Of a DNA stretch of 64,000 nucleotides, positions 29,223 to 42,943 are shown in pieces. This DNA comes from Octopus sinensis. Its lineage: Eukaryota. Location: NCBI RefSeq assembly GCF_006345805.1, contig NC_043008.1:16492001-16556000 (forward strand), written 5' to 3'. The notes below the pieces were generated by a model. That model was not told the origin of the DNA and did no database searches. It was given only the letters and a program-made list of their open reading frames with translations. Both the position numbers and the translations under genes were made by a program. Within the stretch, counting starts at the first letter, position 1. Each line of letters starts with the position of its first letter.

Positions 29223-29591
29223 CATGTATTTGTTTGTCCATGCTTGTGTGCATGTATATGTATACACACACACACACATAGCAGTATGGCAAGTAAACAT
29301 AGATGAGATAACAATGAAGACAAATGCACAATTGAATTGCCAAAATGAAGTCAAAACAATAAAAAAAGATTGCAACCTCATCGTCTGAGACAGATAATAT
29401 ATGTCACACAATCTACTTAATGGAATACTTACGTATTAGCACAAACAACGAAGCCGCAAAACAAATGTAAGCTCGTATATATATATATATATATATAATT
29501 TCAACAATTGAGGGTAAAATTAATTAATTAATCAATTTCACCAAGTATTCAGTATGCAAAGGGACCATTTAAGGCGAATTCAAATTATTAC

Positions 29592-29940
29592 ATTATATAA
29601 AAGGGCTTAGTAAAATAAATTACTTTGCCGCATACTGAACTCATTAGAAATAGCAGCTAAAAAAACTTTTTAAAACTTTTTTAAGGGAGTTCTGAGCTGA
29701 TGATAGAAATGTCGAGTTTGACTTGAAACGTACGTTCTCAAATAACCTTTGCATTTGATTTTTTAATGTCTCTACCCCCATACTTTCGTGAGTTGAATTG
29801 AGCAAACACTATATGAGAGAGGTTTTCTTTAAGTATTAGAAATAGTTTTAAAAAAGTTTTAAAAAGTTTTTTTAGCTGCTATTTCTAATGAGTTCAGTAT
29901 GCGGCAAAGTAATTTATTTTACTAAGCCCTTTTATATAAT
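29592..29940. repeat. perfect 93-bp inverted repeat with a 163-bp spacer
   Basis: 29592-29684 is the exact reverse complement of 29848-29940. Confidence 0.95.
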
Positions 29941-29950
29941 ATATATATAT

Positions 29951-30010
<60 letters not shown>

Positions 30011-30173
30011 ATATATATTTGTGTGTGTGTGTGTGTATGAGAGTGTGTGTATCTAGCTATCTGGCTATATCTACATCTATGTAGATGTAGATATAGCTAG
30101 GTAGCTAGATACACACACACATGCACTCAGATATAAATATATATACGTGCTTTTTGTGCTTTCTTGTTTGGAT

Positions 30174-30209
<36 letters not shown>

Positions 30210-30811
30210 TTTATAGTGATTGTGATTATGTGTGTGTGTGTGTATTTGTCCAAATATACACAGATTCTGTTTTGTTCCTGAATTCTGTCTAGAAATATAT
30301 TAATGTCTGTATACAGGTATATTTTGGCAAAATGTATTGATAATATTTTTAGAATTGGAGAGACAGTGTCACACAACGCATGTTATTGTTAATTCTGCAG
30401 CATTTGGAAATGGTTTTAAACAGCTACAATAATTATTTTAATTTGTTGAAATAATTTTCGACTACCATGGGAAATGAATGCTGTAATTCCAGATTGTTCT
30501 ATATAATTTGTTCAACAACTTCTATATAAAAAAATAAAAAGACTTTTGCCAAGGATGTTTTATGTAAACGTTTCGAAAAGCATAATTGTTTTCTCATATA
30601 ATTCTTCTATTAGCTTCTGTTTACCGACTCAATCTACAGATTCATTTTAATATTTGAAGACGCCTCTATTATATTTTTATTCAGAATTTGTAGCTTTTTG
30701 GGGTAATTTCTCACTAACGTGTTTCTTCAAAAATGGCGGTAAAATTTGTTTCACTGCCACCTATTTGTTAAATATTTCTATTTAAGACACAAGGCATTGA
30801 AAATGTTTTTG

Positions 30812-31175
30812 GGGAAGGAGACTAGTCGATTATATCGACCGCAGTGCGTAACTGGTAATTTATCTCACCGACCCCGAAAGAATGAAAGGCTAAGTCGACC
30901 TCGGCGGAATTGGAACTCAGAACGCAGCGGCAGACGAAATATATATTTCTTTAATACCCACAAGGGGCTAAACACAGAGAGGACAAACAAGGACAGACAA
31001 ACAGATTAAGCCGATTTTATCGACCTCAGTGCGTAACTGGTACTTATTTAATTGACCCCGAAAGGATGAAAGGCAAAGTCGACCTCGGCGGAATTTGAGT
31101 TCAGAACGTAACGACAGACGAAATACGGCTACGCATTTCGCCCGGCATGCTTACCATTCTGCCAGCTCGCCGCCT
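30812..31175 (-). mobile_element. head-to-tail dimer of family C SINEs
   Basis: Two successive copies of cgaccccgaaagRatgaaaggc...gtcgacctcggcggaattt. One intact head at 31175. Confidence 0.85.
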
Positions 31176-31511
31176 TTATTATTATGAAACTAGAATACAA
31201 GACCTATCCTCAGTGTTTTGTTTTCTACATGATGCTGCTAGAAAACAAAAGTTTAAATCCATTTTCGATAACTAAACTTCCTTCGTGAATCCGTTGTATA
31301 CTTTCTTCCCACAACCTCGAAATTTCTTTACTTTCGGTGAACAATAATCCTAATGCATGTTTAAATCTTTCTTCTTACTTATATGGATGTATCTATAAAT
31401 ACATCTATTCATGTTTGTTGGATTGAGTACATTTTTGATGATCCTATCAACAAACAATCAGTACAATATATATACATGTGTTTGTATATGCACGCGTCGT
31501 TGTGTACTAAG

Positions 31512-31556
<45 letters not shown>

Positions 31557-31914
31557 CATAGATATAATATATTTATATTAATATATCATACAATCAACCG
31601 TCATCTTCTCTTTGTATCTCTCATCCCATAAATGGTCCTCGAACTGTGAAACACAGGAACCATCTTAGGCACAGCAGGGAAGTTGCGCACGTGGAATACT
31701 AGATCTGTTGTCGCTGTGTTACTACTAGTACATCTAGTCTCAACTGACCAATGGGTAGGTAGGCTATGTTTCCTCTATAATACAGTAGCCGATACTTCTT
31801 TCACTCTGCTTACGAATGTCTGAAATAATTGACGTGAATTTTCATGTTCACACGATAAATACCAGTCCACCTCTATGTGGTGAGTGCTATTGTCGTTTGT
31901 TTGCTCACTCACTC

Positions 31915-31917
<3 letters not shown>

Positions 31918-31947
<30 letters not shown>

Positions 31948-32058
31948 TGTATGTATGTATGTATGTATGTATGTATGTATGTATGTATGTATGTATGTAT
32001 GTATGTATGTATGTATGTATGTATGTATGTATGCATGTACGTATGTATGTATGTATGT
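31918..32058. repeat. (TATG)n microsatellite
   Basis: Seen directly. Confidence 0.95.
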
Positions 32059-32286
32059 GTACATACAATCTTTTCAGTTGTTCTTTTACGTGTTTTAGTC
32101 ATTTGACTGCAGTCATGATGGACCACCGCCTTTAGTCGAACAAATCGATCCTAGGACTTATTCTTTGTTAGCACTTATCCTATTGGTCTATTTTGCCGAT
32201 CAACTAAGTCAGAGGAACGTAAACACCAACATCGGTTGTCAAGTGAGGGGGTGGTGGAACACAGACACACAAATATATACATATGC

Positions 32287-32318
<32 letters not shown>

Positions 32319-32339
32319 ATATATATATATATATATATA

Positions 32340-33910
32340 CAGACAGAGAGACAGGGAAAAGTGGAGGATTAGGAGTGAATAAAAATAAGTTTTGAGAAAT
32401 AATATACGATATGCAAACATGTATAAACCTAAGTGTAAGAAACACACACACAATTCGAGGCTGAATTTTCTTTGGTCTGGTGCATAGAGATTTAGGTAGC
32501 GGTTACGTCACCTGATAGTAGGCAATGTAAAACTTCCAAAATGTCAGAAGGTTCGTCCTGAATTAGATATACCCCACTCTTACGTTAAGTATTGTGTGCT
32601 TTCTCATATAACTCAAAACATGGTAATGTTAAAAATAAACCAGTAACGGCAACAACAACAATATAGAAGAGTGTCGATTGAATGAGAAACACATACACGA
32701 AAGTAGTAGAAGTGTGTGTATAGAAATCCTGGAACTAACTTCGACCAACGCAAGTTGGTAAAATTCAAGCTGATTCGCGTAAAATTAAGGTCAAAATTTT
32801 ATTGATCGTATTCCATGGTTTACTGTGACGGAACAAAGAAATGGTATCAAATCACTCGACTGGGACGGATGTAAAGACGCAAACCCATAAACAGAGCGGG
32901 CGGAACCTGTGGCTTGTTTAGTCAGGGAATACGCAATGGAATGCGATTAGCGAATGAATAGCGTAAATTGTAAATTATGGCAACAAGATTTCATACAGCA
33001 AATATTTTCCGCAATGGGGTGAAATATCATAACGTGTGTATATTTATGTATACGTGTATCGGTGGATGTATGTATGTATGTATGTAGTATGTATGTATGT
33101 ATGAGGTGAAATACCATGCCATGTGTATATTTATGTATACGTGAATCTGTGCATATATGTATGAATGTATGTGCGTGTGTGTATATATGTATGTATATAT
33201 ATATATATATAATATATATATGTATGTACGTATGTATGTGCGTGTGTGTATGTGTGTATGTATATATGTATGTATGTATATATGTATGTATGTATGTATG
33301 AATGTATGTATGCATGTACGTGAGTGTATGTCTGTCTGTCTGTCTGTATGTATGTATTTATGTATGTGCGTGTGTGTCTGTATGTATGTATCTGTTTACC
33401 TATCGATATCTATAAACACATGTGCACATCGCTATCTATACACCTGACTCTCTAAATATTCATACATTCTTTTCTACTTTAGGCACAACGCCCGCAGTAT
33501 TATTTTTGACTGCGGCCATGGTGAAGCACGGCCTTCAGGCGAACAAATCGACCCCAGGACTTATTCCTTTGTAAAATCATGATATAATTTATCGCTAGCT
33601 AACCTGGACGTAAACACATACACCAATATCCGTTCTCAAGGGATAGTCTAGGGACCAACACAGACACAAAAACATATGCATACACACACACACACACATA
33701 TACACACATATTTATAAATATGTCGGGCTTCTTTCAGTTTCCGTCATCCGAATAGCCTCATAAGGCTTTGGTCGGCTCGAGGCTATAGTAGAAGAAGAAA
33801 CTTGCCCAAGTTGCCACGCAGTAGGACTGAACCCGGAGCCATGTGGTTGGTAAGCAAGCTATTTAAACACAGCCACTCTTGTGCCTATGTACATACATAC
33901 AGACAAACAT

Positions 33911-33960
<50 letters not shown>

Positions 33961-34815
33961 ATACAGACAGAGAGACAGGGAAAAGTGGAGGATTAGGAGT
34001 GAATAAAAATAAGTTTTGAGAAATAATATACGATATGCAAACATGTATAAACCTAAGTGTAAGAAACACACACACAATTCGAGGCTGAATTTTCTTTGGT
34101 CTGGTGCATAGAGATTTAGGTAGCGGTTACGTCACCTGATAGTAGGCAATGTAAAACTTCCAAAATGTCAGAAGGTTTCGTCCTGAATTAGATATACCCC
34201 ACTCTTACGTTAAGTATTGTGTGCTTTCTCATATAACTCAAAACATGGTAATGTTAAAAATAAACCAGTAACGGCAACAACAACAATATAGAAGAGTGTC
34301 GATTGAATGAGAAACACATACACGAAAGTAGTAGAAGTGTGTGTATAGAAATCCTGGAACTAACTTCGACCAACGCAAGTTGGTAAAATTCAAGCTGATT
34401 CGCGTAAAATTAAGGTCAAAATTTTATTGATCGTATTCCATGGTTTACTGTGACGGAACAAAGAAATGGTATCAAATCACTCGACTGGGACGGATGTAAA
34501 GACGCAAACCCATAAACAGAGCGGGCGGAACCTGTGGCTTGTTTAGTCAGGGAATACGCAATGGAATGCGATTAGCGAATGAATAGCGTAAATTGTAAAT
34601 TATGGCAACAAGATTTCATACAGCAAATATTTTCCGCAATGGGGTGAAATATCATAACGTGTGTATATTTATGTATACGTGTATCGGTGGATGTATGTAT
34701 GTATGTATGTATGTATGTATGTATGTATGAGGTGAAATACCATGCCATGTGTATATTTATGTATACGTGAATCTGTGCATATATGTATGAATGTATGTGC
34801 GTGTGTGTATATATG

Positions 34816-34853
<38 letters not shown>

Positions 34854-35527
34854 CGTATGTATGTGCGTGTGTGTATGTGTGTATGTATATATGTATGTAT
34901 GTATATATGTATGTATGTATGTATGAATGTATGTATGCATGTACGTGAGTGTATGTCTGTCTGTCTGTCTGTATGTATGTATTTATGTATGTGCGTGTGT
35001 GTCTGTATGTATGTATCTGTTTACCTATCGATATCTATAAACACATGTGCACATCGCTATCTATACACCTGACTCTCTAAATATTCATACATTCTTTTCT
35101 ACTTTAGGCACAACGCCCGCAGTATTATTTTTGACTGCGGCCATGGTGAAGCACGGCCTTCAGGCGAACAAATCGACCCCAGGACTTATTCCTTTGTAAA
35201 ATCATGATATAATTTATCGCTAGCTAACCTGGACGTAAACACATACACCAATATCCGTTCTCAAGGGATAGTCTAGGGACCAACACAGACACAAAAACAT
35301 ATGCATACACACACACACACACATATACACACATATTTATAAATATGTCGGGCTTCTTTCAGTTTCCGTCATCCGAATAGCCTCATAAGGCTTTGGTCGG
35401 CTCGAGGCTATAGTAGAAGAAACTTGCCCAAGTTGCCACGCAGTAGGACTGAACCCGGAGCCATGTGGTTGGTAAGCAAGCTATTTAAACACAGCCACTC
35501 TTGTGCCTATGTACATACATACAGACA

Positions 35528-35530
<3 letters not shown>
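32340..35530. repeat. tandem duplication, 2 x about 1623 bp
   Basis: 32340-33908 is almost identical to 33964-35530. The junction and both ends lie in (TA)n tracts. Confidence 0.97.
33500..33885 (-). mobile_element. family B SINE (duplicated at about 35130-35510)
   Basis: gactgcggccatgg...ggactgaacccggagccatgtggttggtaagcaagc...cacagccactcttg. Confidence 0.85.
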
Positions 35531-35572
<42 letters not shown>

Positions 35573-38258
35573 ATGTCTTTACAGGGGATATATTCCACCT
35601 ATAGATGTACGTATTTATATTCTGTTAATCATTTTCGTTACTGAAAACGCCTGAAGTAACGCATTTGGGTTTTGACATTTGTAGACCACATGATGTATTC
35701 AACTGAAGACATTTGACATTCACCTTGACCATTCATTTCCGTTAGTCTGCAAATTGGTGTCATTGGTGGAATGAAGTTAGTTCTTGTACCACGTTTAAAA
35801 AAAAAACATAATTTCTCTATTGATATAGAAAACAAACAAATATAATTTGTCACTTGTTCCAGGAGAGAATAAATTCCACTGTAGATCAGATAGTTAAAAC
35901 TAATAACACACTGGCTTGAAGCTCTTCCGTATTGTAGCTAGGTCTCATTCAATTAATGCCCTACATTGTTAGGTACGGTATCATATGTACTCATGGTGAT
36001 ATAATACTGGAAACGTCACGCAAAAGCAAATAATTGAATAATCTCAGCTCGAATATTTGTTTTCACTGGCCTGTGCGTTTACAAACGAGCAATATATTTT
36101 ACAGCTAAATGATTAGGTCTTTCGTTGCTTAATATCTTACTTATAAGACTAGCAACCTAGGTATTGATAACAACTTCTGATACTTCTTTTGTAACATCGT
36201 CTAATTCTCTATTGCAGAGAAATCGCATTGAGTTACTGTTACTATCGTTCCTGATACTAAAGTTAGCAGGTAAATTTCTTTAAAAATATTCTAGCATCGT
36301 ATCAAAAATGAGAAATCGTTAGAAAACACAAAAATATTTTTTAAAAAATTAAGGTACTGAATTTTATTCCGTAAACATCATATATTTTATGGATAATTTT
36401 CATCAAAAAAATCGTTTGTTAGCGTGCACTTTCATTTACATTCATGTTTAAATGTATGAATATTTGCCGGATTTGGGTGATAATGTGCTGATTTTGTTCA
36501 CAATTGGTTGTTTGCATTGGACATTTAAACAGACGTGTAAAAATGGTCACCTTACTGCTGTTCTATGAATAGAAATGTAACATATTTCCGATAGCACGCA
36601 TCTTCACAGCAAAGGATAATAATTTAGGAGAAGAATTCCCGGGAAGAACGATATAGTTACTTTAATAGGAATAGGTTTTATTTTCTAAGCATGGTCAAGT
36701 TTCTCGTCATTAACATCACACTTGTACCGCTAATTTTATGGATGTCTCTAAATTTATGAGCCAATTCCAGCAAATGCCAACATCGGTAAAACAGAAAGTG
36801 TCACTAAACTTAATTTATATTCAACTGCAATTCACATACATGATGTATGCGAATGATAAGTCTTCTATATCGAATTAAACGCTGATAAAGATGTGCAGTT
36901 GTGTGCTTTGTATTTATTGTGTATTTGAGCAGTATCAAACGATACATCTAGTCATAATTATCAGGTTTATGTGTAGATTTTCGTTATGAAAACAGATCGT
37001 GTTCAAATTCTTAATGGCTTTGTTGAAGGAATGATTGTTGTGTCATTATTCTTCGTTGATCTGCCGAGACAAGAAATACTTTTCTAATCCATAACCTTGG
37101 AGACCCATAAGTGAATGGCTACAGGAGAAGAATAATGAAAGGACGAATTCCAGAGGCTTGGAATTATGGAAAGTAGGATTGTTCAGTGTTGATTTTGGAT
37201 GTGAAGTATGGTCAAATTATTGATTATATTGCCTGCATAAATTAGATAAGAACAATGAAGAACTTTTAGTACATGGCCCATTAAAACCACTATTTAGTGC
37301 TTCAAAATTATAAAATGAATCCATTCCGATTTAACCGTTATCAACACTTTACTGGAATACAACTTCAAAATGCCGGCTTCTCAGTGGTAGGCCTTCTTTT
37401 ACATTCTGGTGAATTGCAGATTGGATGAGGTACTTCCATGGTTGGGTGATTAGCTCAAGCTCGTGCACCTATAAGATCGATACCCCCATTTTATTTTTCT
37501 TCTGAGACTGTGACAGTGTAAGGCAAAATGATTTATACTATTTCCACCTTTACTTTTCACATTGCCTACTATCAGGTGACGTAACTGCTACCTAAAAATC
37601 CGTCAAGATATAATGACAGGGAATGTATAATTGGAAATGGTATGAGATCAACTAGTACAAGTAAGAAGAGGCGATTGTAAAACTAAGAAAAACTAAATTG
37701 TGGAAATATCGCGTGTGAAGGCTTTACGTGGTAGAGCAATGCGGAACAGATTCATGAGTATACGACAAAATACTCCTCAAAGATTAGATCATGGCTGCAA
37801 TAAAACACTAAAGAGACGGAAACATGATCGGAACTATCACTATAATAGCTCCGTTTCTGACGTTCTATCAACCCACCAAACGGCAGTTCTAAATTGCAAT
37901 TAAATAACAAGTTAACGAACAAATAAGGTGGATAAGTCAAATTCGAAATTTGTTACAATAAGAAATTGAAATGAAATTAACAACGATGACGATTGCTGTA
38001 ATAATACTACCAATGACAAAAACAAGGCTAAAAACAAGCAACGAACACACATCAATAAGTGGTGAACTAGAAAAGTAGAAAGCTAAATTGTTCTCTAAGT
38101 TCAGTAAAAGTGATTACCATTAAAGTAAATAATGGCGCGTTTAAAAACATTTTACGCATTACGTATACGTACGTGTGTGAGCATGTATGTATCCATTTAT
38201 ATATGTATATGTGTATATATATGTGTGTGTGTCTATGTGAGCGTAGATATATGTATAT

Positions 38259-38289
<31 letters not shown>

Positions 38290-38379
38290 TATATATATAA
38301 CCATTTATACGTGTACATATATATGCACACATACAGGTTCATACGATATATTTGTACGTGTATGTATATATATTTATAT

Positions 38380-38431
38380 ATATATAGACATACATGCACG
38401 CATATATATAGATGTATACATACATGCACGC

Positions 38432-38501
<70 letters not shown>

Positions 38502-38575
38502 TATATATATTATACATATATATATATATACATATATATTATATATATATATATAATATATATATATATAAATAC

Positions 38576-38610
<35 letters not shown>

Positions 38611-38717
38611 TGTATACATATATACATATATATATATATGTATACATATATACATATATATATATATGTATACATATATATATATATACACACATATATA
38701 TATATATATCACAATGC

Positions 38718-38750
<33 letters not shown>

Positions 38751-38830
38751 CGCATGCGTACACGCACATATACATATATGTCTGTGTCTGTGTTTGTGTG
38801 TTTGTGTGTGTGCGTGTGTGTGTGTGTGTA
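38380..38830. repeat. long (TA)n/(TACA)n/(TG)n tract
   Basis: Seen directly. It explains the 208-aa and 233-aa ORFs. Confidence 0.95.
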
Positions 38831-39499
38831 TGAGTTGGCCTGCACACGCATGTGTCTACACATATCAACACATGCACACTCTAACATTCTGCTCATCTCT
38901 TCCTTCGTCATGGTGGTACCGTCGCTGTTCTTCCTCCAATAGCTGTCCATTCATTTATTTAAAATTTTTTTCCCCTCAGATGTTGTTTCTCTTTCTTTCC
39001 ATTTTACTTGCCAATATTCATGATGTTCTTGTTCCTTTTATTCTTGCTTAGTATTTATTTTAATTATTATTTTGTATTCTCCATCTCCTATTTCTCTAAA
39101 AGTTTCTTGTGATTTACCAAATGTTCGCAATCCTTCACTGAACAAATTCAATTTATTCAACATCCAATTAACTAGTGTATACTTAATGGAAATCTCTCTT
39201 TCCATTTCTTCATTCTCCGAATTAACACTCTTATCTTCCCTTCAATTTTATAACATACGTGATAGGTGTGTTATTAGTATTGTATGCTTTCTAATGTACT
39301 CTCCAGTTTAAGCGACCACGCTACAGATTTATCGTTTCTATTGTTTATTTTTTTTATCTTGAAAACGGATTGCAAACGACTCTCAAACAAACGTATACGC
39401 ATACGTCTACGTATACATACATGAATACATAAGCCTGTGTGAGTTTGTGTATATATATTTATGCATGCAAGGGCATATCTTAGTCTCTCGTTTACTCTT

Positions 39500-39890
39500 T
39501 CAATTTTTTCAGTCATTTGACTGTTTCCATGCTAGAGCACAGCGTTTAGTCGAGTAAATGGACCCAAGGGACTTATTCTTTGTTAGCCTAGCACTTATTC
39601 TATCGGGCTCTTTTGCCGAACCGCTAAGTTACGGGGACGTAAACACACCAGTATCGGTTGTCAAGCGATGTTCGGGTGTGGCAAACACAGACACACAAAA
39701 ATATACACACACATTCATATATACATATATACGACGGGCTTCTTTTAGTTTCCGTTTATCAAATCCACTCACAAGATTTTGGTCGGCCCGAGGCTATAGT
39801 AGAGGATACTTGCCCAAGGTGACACGCAGGGGACTGAACAGGAACAATGTGGTTCGTAAGCAAGTTACTTACTACACAGTCATTCCTAGG
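39500..39890 (-). mobile_element. family B SINE, near full length
   Basis: Colinear with 54296-54703. Confidence 0.85.
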
Positions 39891-40257
39891 CCTATATATA
39901 TGTAGAACATAATTAAAGGATGAAATCATTAAAATTAATGAATTCTATCAGTGGCCAGCATATAAAAAAATAACCTTTTAGATAAAATTCATATACATGG
40001 ATATATAATTGTATAGAATTCAATTATAATTTAGGGCACAGAAGCAAACATGCCTATATCCTGGAAATAGACGTTAAATAACTCTAAATTATTTAAAGAA
40101 TTTTTGGTCCAGCCATTCTTCTCGATTTCAACCTGTGTATATTATAAACTGAAAGTTTTGACTGGCTACGCGTATTTGGCGTGTATTTGCAGCATATAGG
40201 CATGGTTGCTTCTGTACCCTTAATGATAATTGTATTCTACACAATCATATATGTATC

Positions 40258-40369
<112 letters not shown>

Positions 40370-40372
40370 CTA

Positions 40373-40403
<31 letters not shown>

Positions 40404-40528
40404 ATTTATCTATCTTTATACATGTATATATGTGTGTTTGTGTGTTTATGCGTATACATATAAACATATATATGCACTTATACATATGTATATATACATA
40501 CATATATATCTATATCTATCTATCTATC

Positions 40529-40565
<37 letters not shown>

Positions 40566-40618
40566 ATATTTATATATATATATATATATATACATATATA
40601 TTTATGTATGTGTGCATG

Positions 40619-40667
<49 letters not shown>

Positions 40668-42205
40668 GGGCGTGTGCGTATGTATATATCTATACGTCGT
40701 AAATATATATATATATATATATACACACGCATGCATCACTTTAGTGAATTACGCATACACATTTGAATGTAAGAGTGATCCGAAGATGAACATTCGTAGT
40801 TATATGAACATGTGTGTACATCTATACGTAGGTGCATACATGTGTATACACACAGACACGCGCACATACAGACACACACAACACACATATACACATGAGT
40901 ATACATGCATGTAAACGGTCAACGATATAGGTATATCTTTGCATTAATAAGTGTATGTTTATTGATGTATAATTAATGCATATACATCTCTTAATAAATG
41001 GTTAAATCTATGCAAATAGCGTCACCGCTATATATTTGCATAACACTTTTTTCTTCAATATTACGATATAAATACAAATATACATGCTAGAAACAGACTA
41101 AAAAAACACGAAAATATATATAATAGTACATCCTCCCTATTCTTAATATTACAAAGACAGCCACCTTAATATGATTTAATAGGACTATAATGATACACGA
41201 AGCCAATTCAGACTCATATGCCGCTGGGCATCTAACTTATGTATAAACCTTATTTTGTGAACCCACAGTGGTTCACTGGCTGATAGGAACCAATTTGCTA
41301 TACAACAACTGTCGTAAGCTAAATTTGACACGCTTCAATTTGACACATCCATTTGCACATTTAATAACATGCTTCACTGAAACTTAAACATGACTATAGT
41401 ATTGACACGAAACAAAATGAAATCTCTCATAACTTTTTATTAAACTTCACCTTGCAAGCACAAATTTCTCCCTATATCTTCCAATCTTATACTGTCTACG
41501 TCCTACGCCACGCCCAATATTATTTCATATAGCACCCTTACCCATAAAAGCCAACTCGACAAAATTAAATAAATAAATAAATAAATAAAGTACTGCCTGA
41601 CGAAGGTTTACGCCGAAACTGCGAAGACATTGTGAAGGGTTCCTCATAAATTTGAATAATTATGTAGCTTTTCTGAAATCATTGAGTGATTTTCAACTGA
41701 AAGTTAGATTAATTTCTATATAACTTGACACGTACATATATACATACATACCTACATACATGCATATATGCATACTTACCTACATACAGACAGACATAGA
41801 AAATACATGAATACATGCACACATAGATGTGTAGGTTTATATGACTATCTATGTATGAGTTTGTGGTGGGGTAAGTATATACATACTTGAGTATGTGTAT
41901 GTCTATGTGTAATTTCTGTGCATCCCCTTAGAAAATATTTAGGAGTTTGAAATTACATGCTTCTGTAAGAATTCGTTTTATATTCTTCCTAAGAGTTTGT
42001 TGTTCATTGCAGGCAATGAATGCAATCTTATATGGATTCTGAAATGAGTGACAGAACAGGTGAATGCGTCTGTGGTATAGCTAAGAATACCTAACTTCAA
42101 ACCTGAAATGTGTGAATATCTTAAAAGATAATTATACCTTAATATTGTTTGCCAGAAAAGCTCATTGAAATGTGGAATAGTCATTGGTGTTGTAAAAAGT
42201 AAATT

Positions 42206-42323
42206 GCTAACGGCCATAGCACATTGAAAGCACCAGTTCTCGTTCGATCACCGAAGGTAAGCAACGTCGAGCCTAGTTAGTACTTAGATGGGAGACCGCT
42301 TGCGAAACCTAGGTGCTGTAAGC
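42206..42323 (+). pseudogene. 5S rRNA, full-length but diverged copy (probable retropseudogene)
   Basis: GCTAACGGCCATAGCACATTGAAAGCACCAGTTCTCGTTCGATCACCGAAGGTAAGCAACG...GATGGGAGACCGC...GGTGCTGTAAGC follows the metazoan 5S consensus. It has a mismatch in the terminal stem, substitutions in the internal promoter boxes, no T-run terminator and an A-rich tail. Confidence 0.88.
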
Positions 42324-42342
42324 GTACAAAAATAAAACTGAA

Positions 42343-42545
42343 GGCGGCGAGCTGGCAGAAACATTAGCACGCCGCTACGTTCTTAGTTCAAATTCCGCCG
42401 AGGTCGACTTTGCCTTTCATCCTTTCGGGGTCGATTTAATAAGTACCAGTTACGCTCTGGGGTCGATATAATCGACTTAATTCGTTTGTCTGTCCTTGTT
42501 TGTCCCCTCTGTGTTTAGACCCTTGTGGGTAGTAAAGAAATAAGA
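42343..42545 (+). mobile_element. family C SINE with an internal deletion in the head
   Basis: ggcggcgagctggcagaaac...gccgctacgttc...gcctttcatcctttcggggtcg...cccttgtgggtagtaaagaaata. Confidence 0.88.
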
Positions 42546-42943
42546 AATGTTCATTATCTGTCACTGCAGAACTATATCCATACGTTTCTTGAAATCACGG
42601 GGAAAAGTTTGTTGGTGTTTTTTTTTTCACGAAATCCTTAATGTTGTATAAGACAATGGTGGAACCGCTTAGAGTGACCAGGCTGCAGTTGGTACGACTA
42701 AAATATTATGCAAAACAATAAACATGTAACATCATTGCCTACTTCTGAATGATAAGTATGTTGTTTCCATGTTGTGCTTATTTTACATCCAACACGTGAT
42801 CACGAATAAAATCCCTTGCTATGCAAGTACATCTCCAGAATATTTTGTGATTAACATTTAAAGCATTTAAATATTGAAAAACAAATAGAAATATTAAATT
42901 TCTAAATAACTCAGAGAGATATAAGCAGTGGTGGAACGATAGG

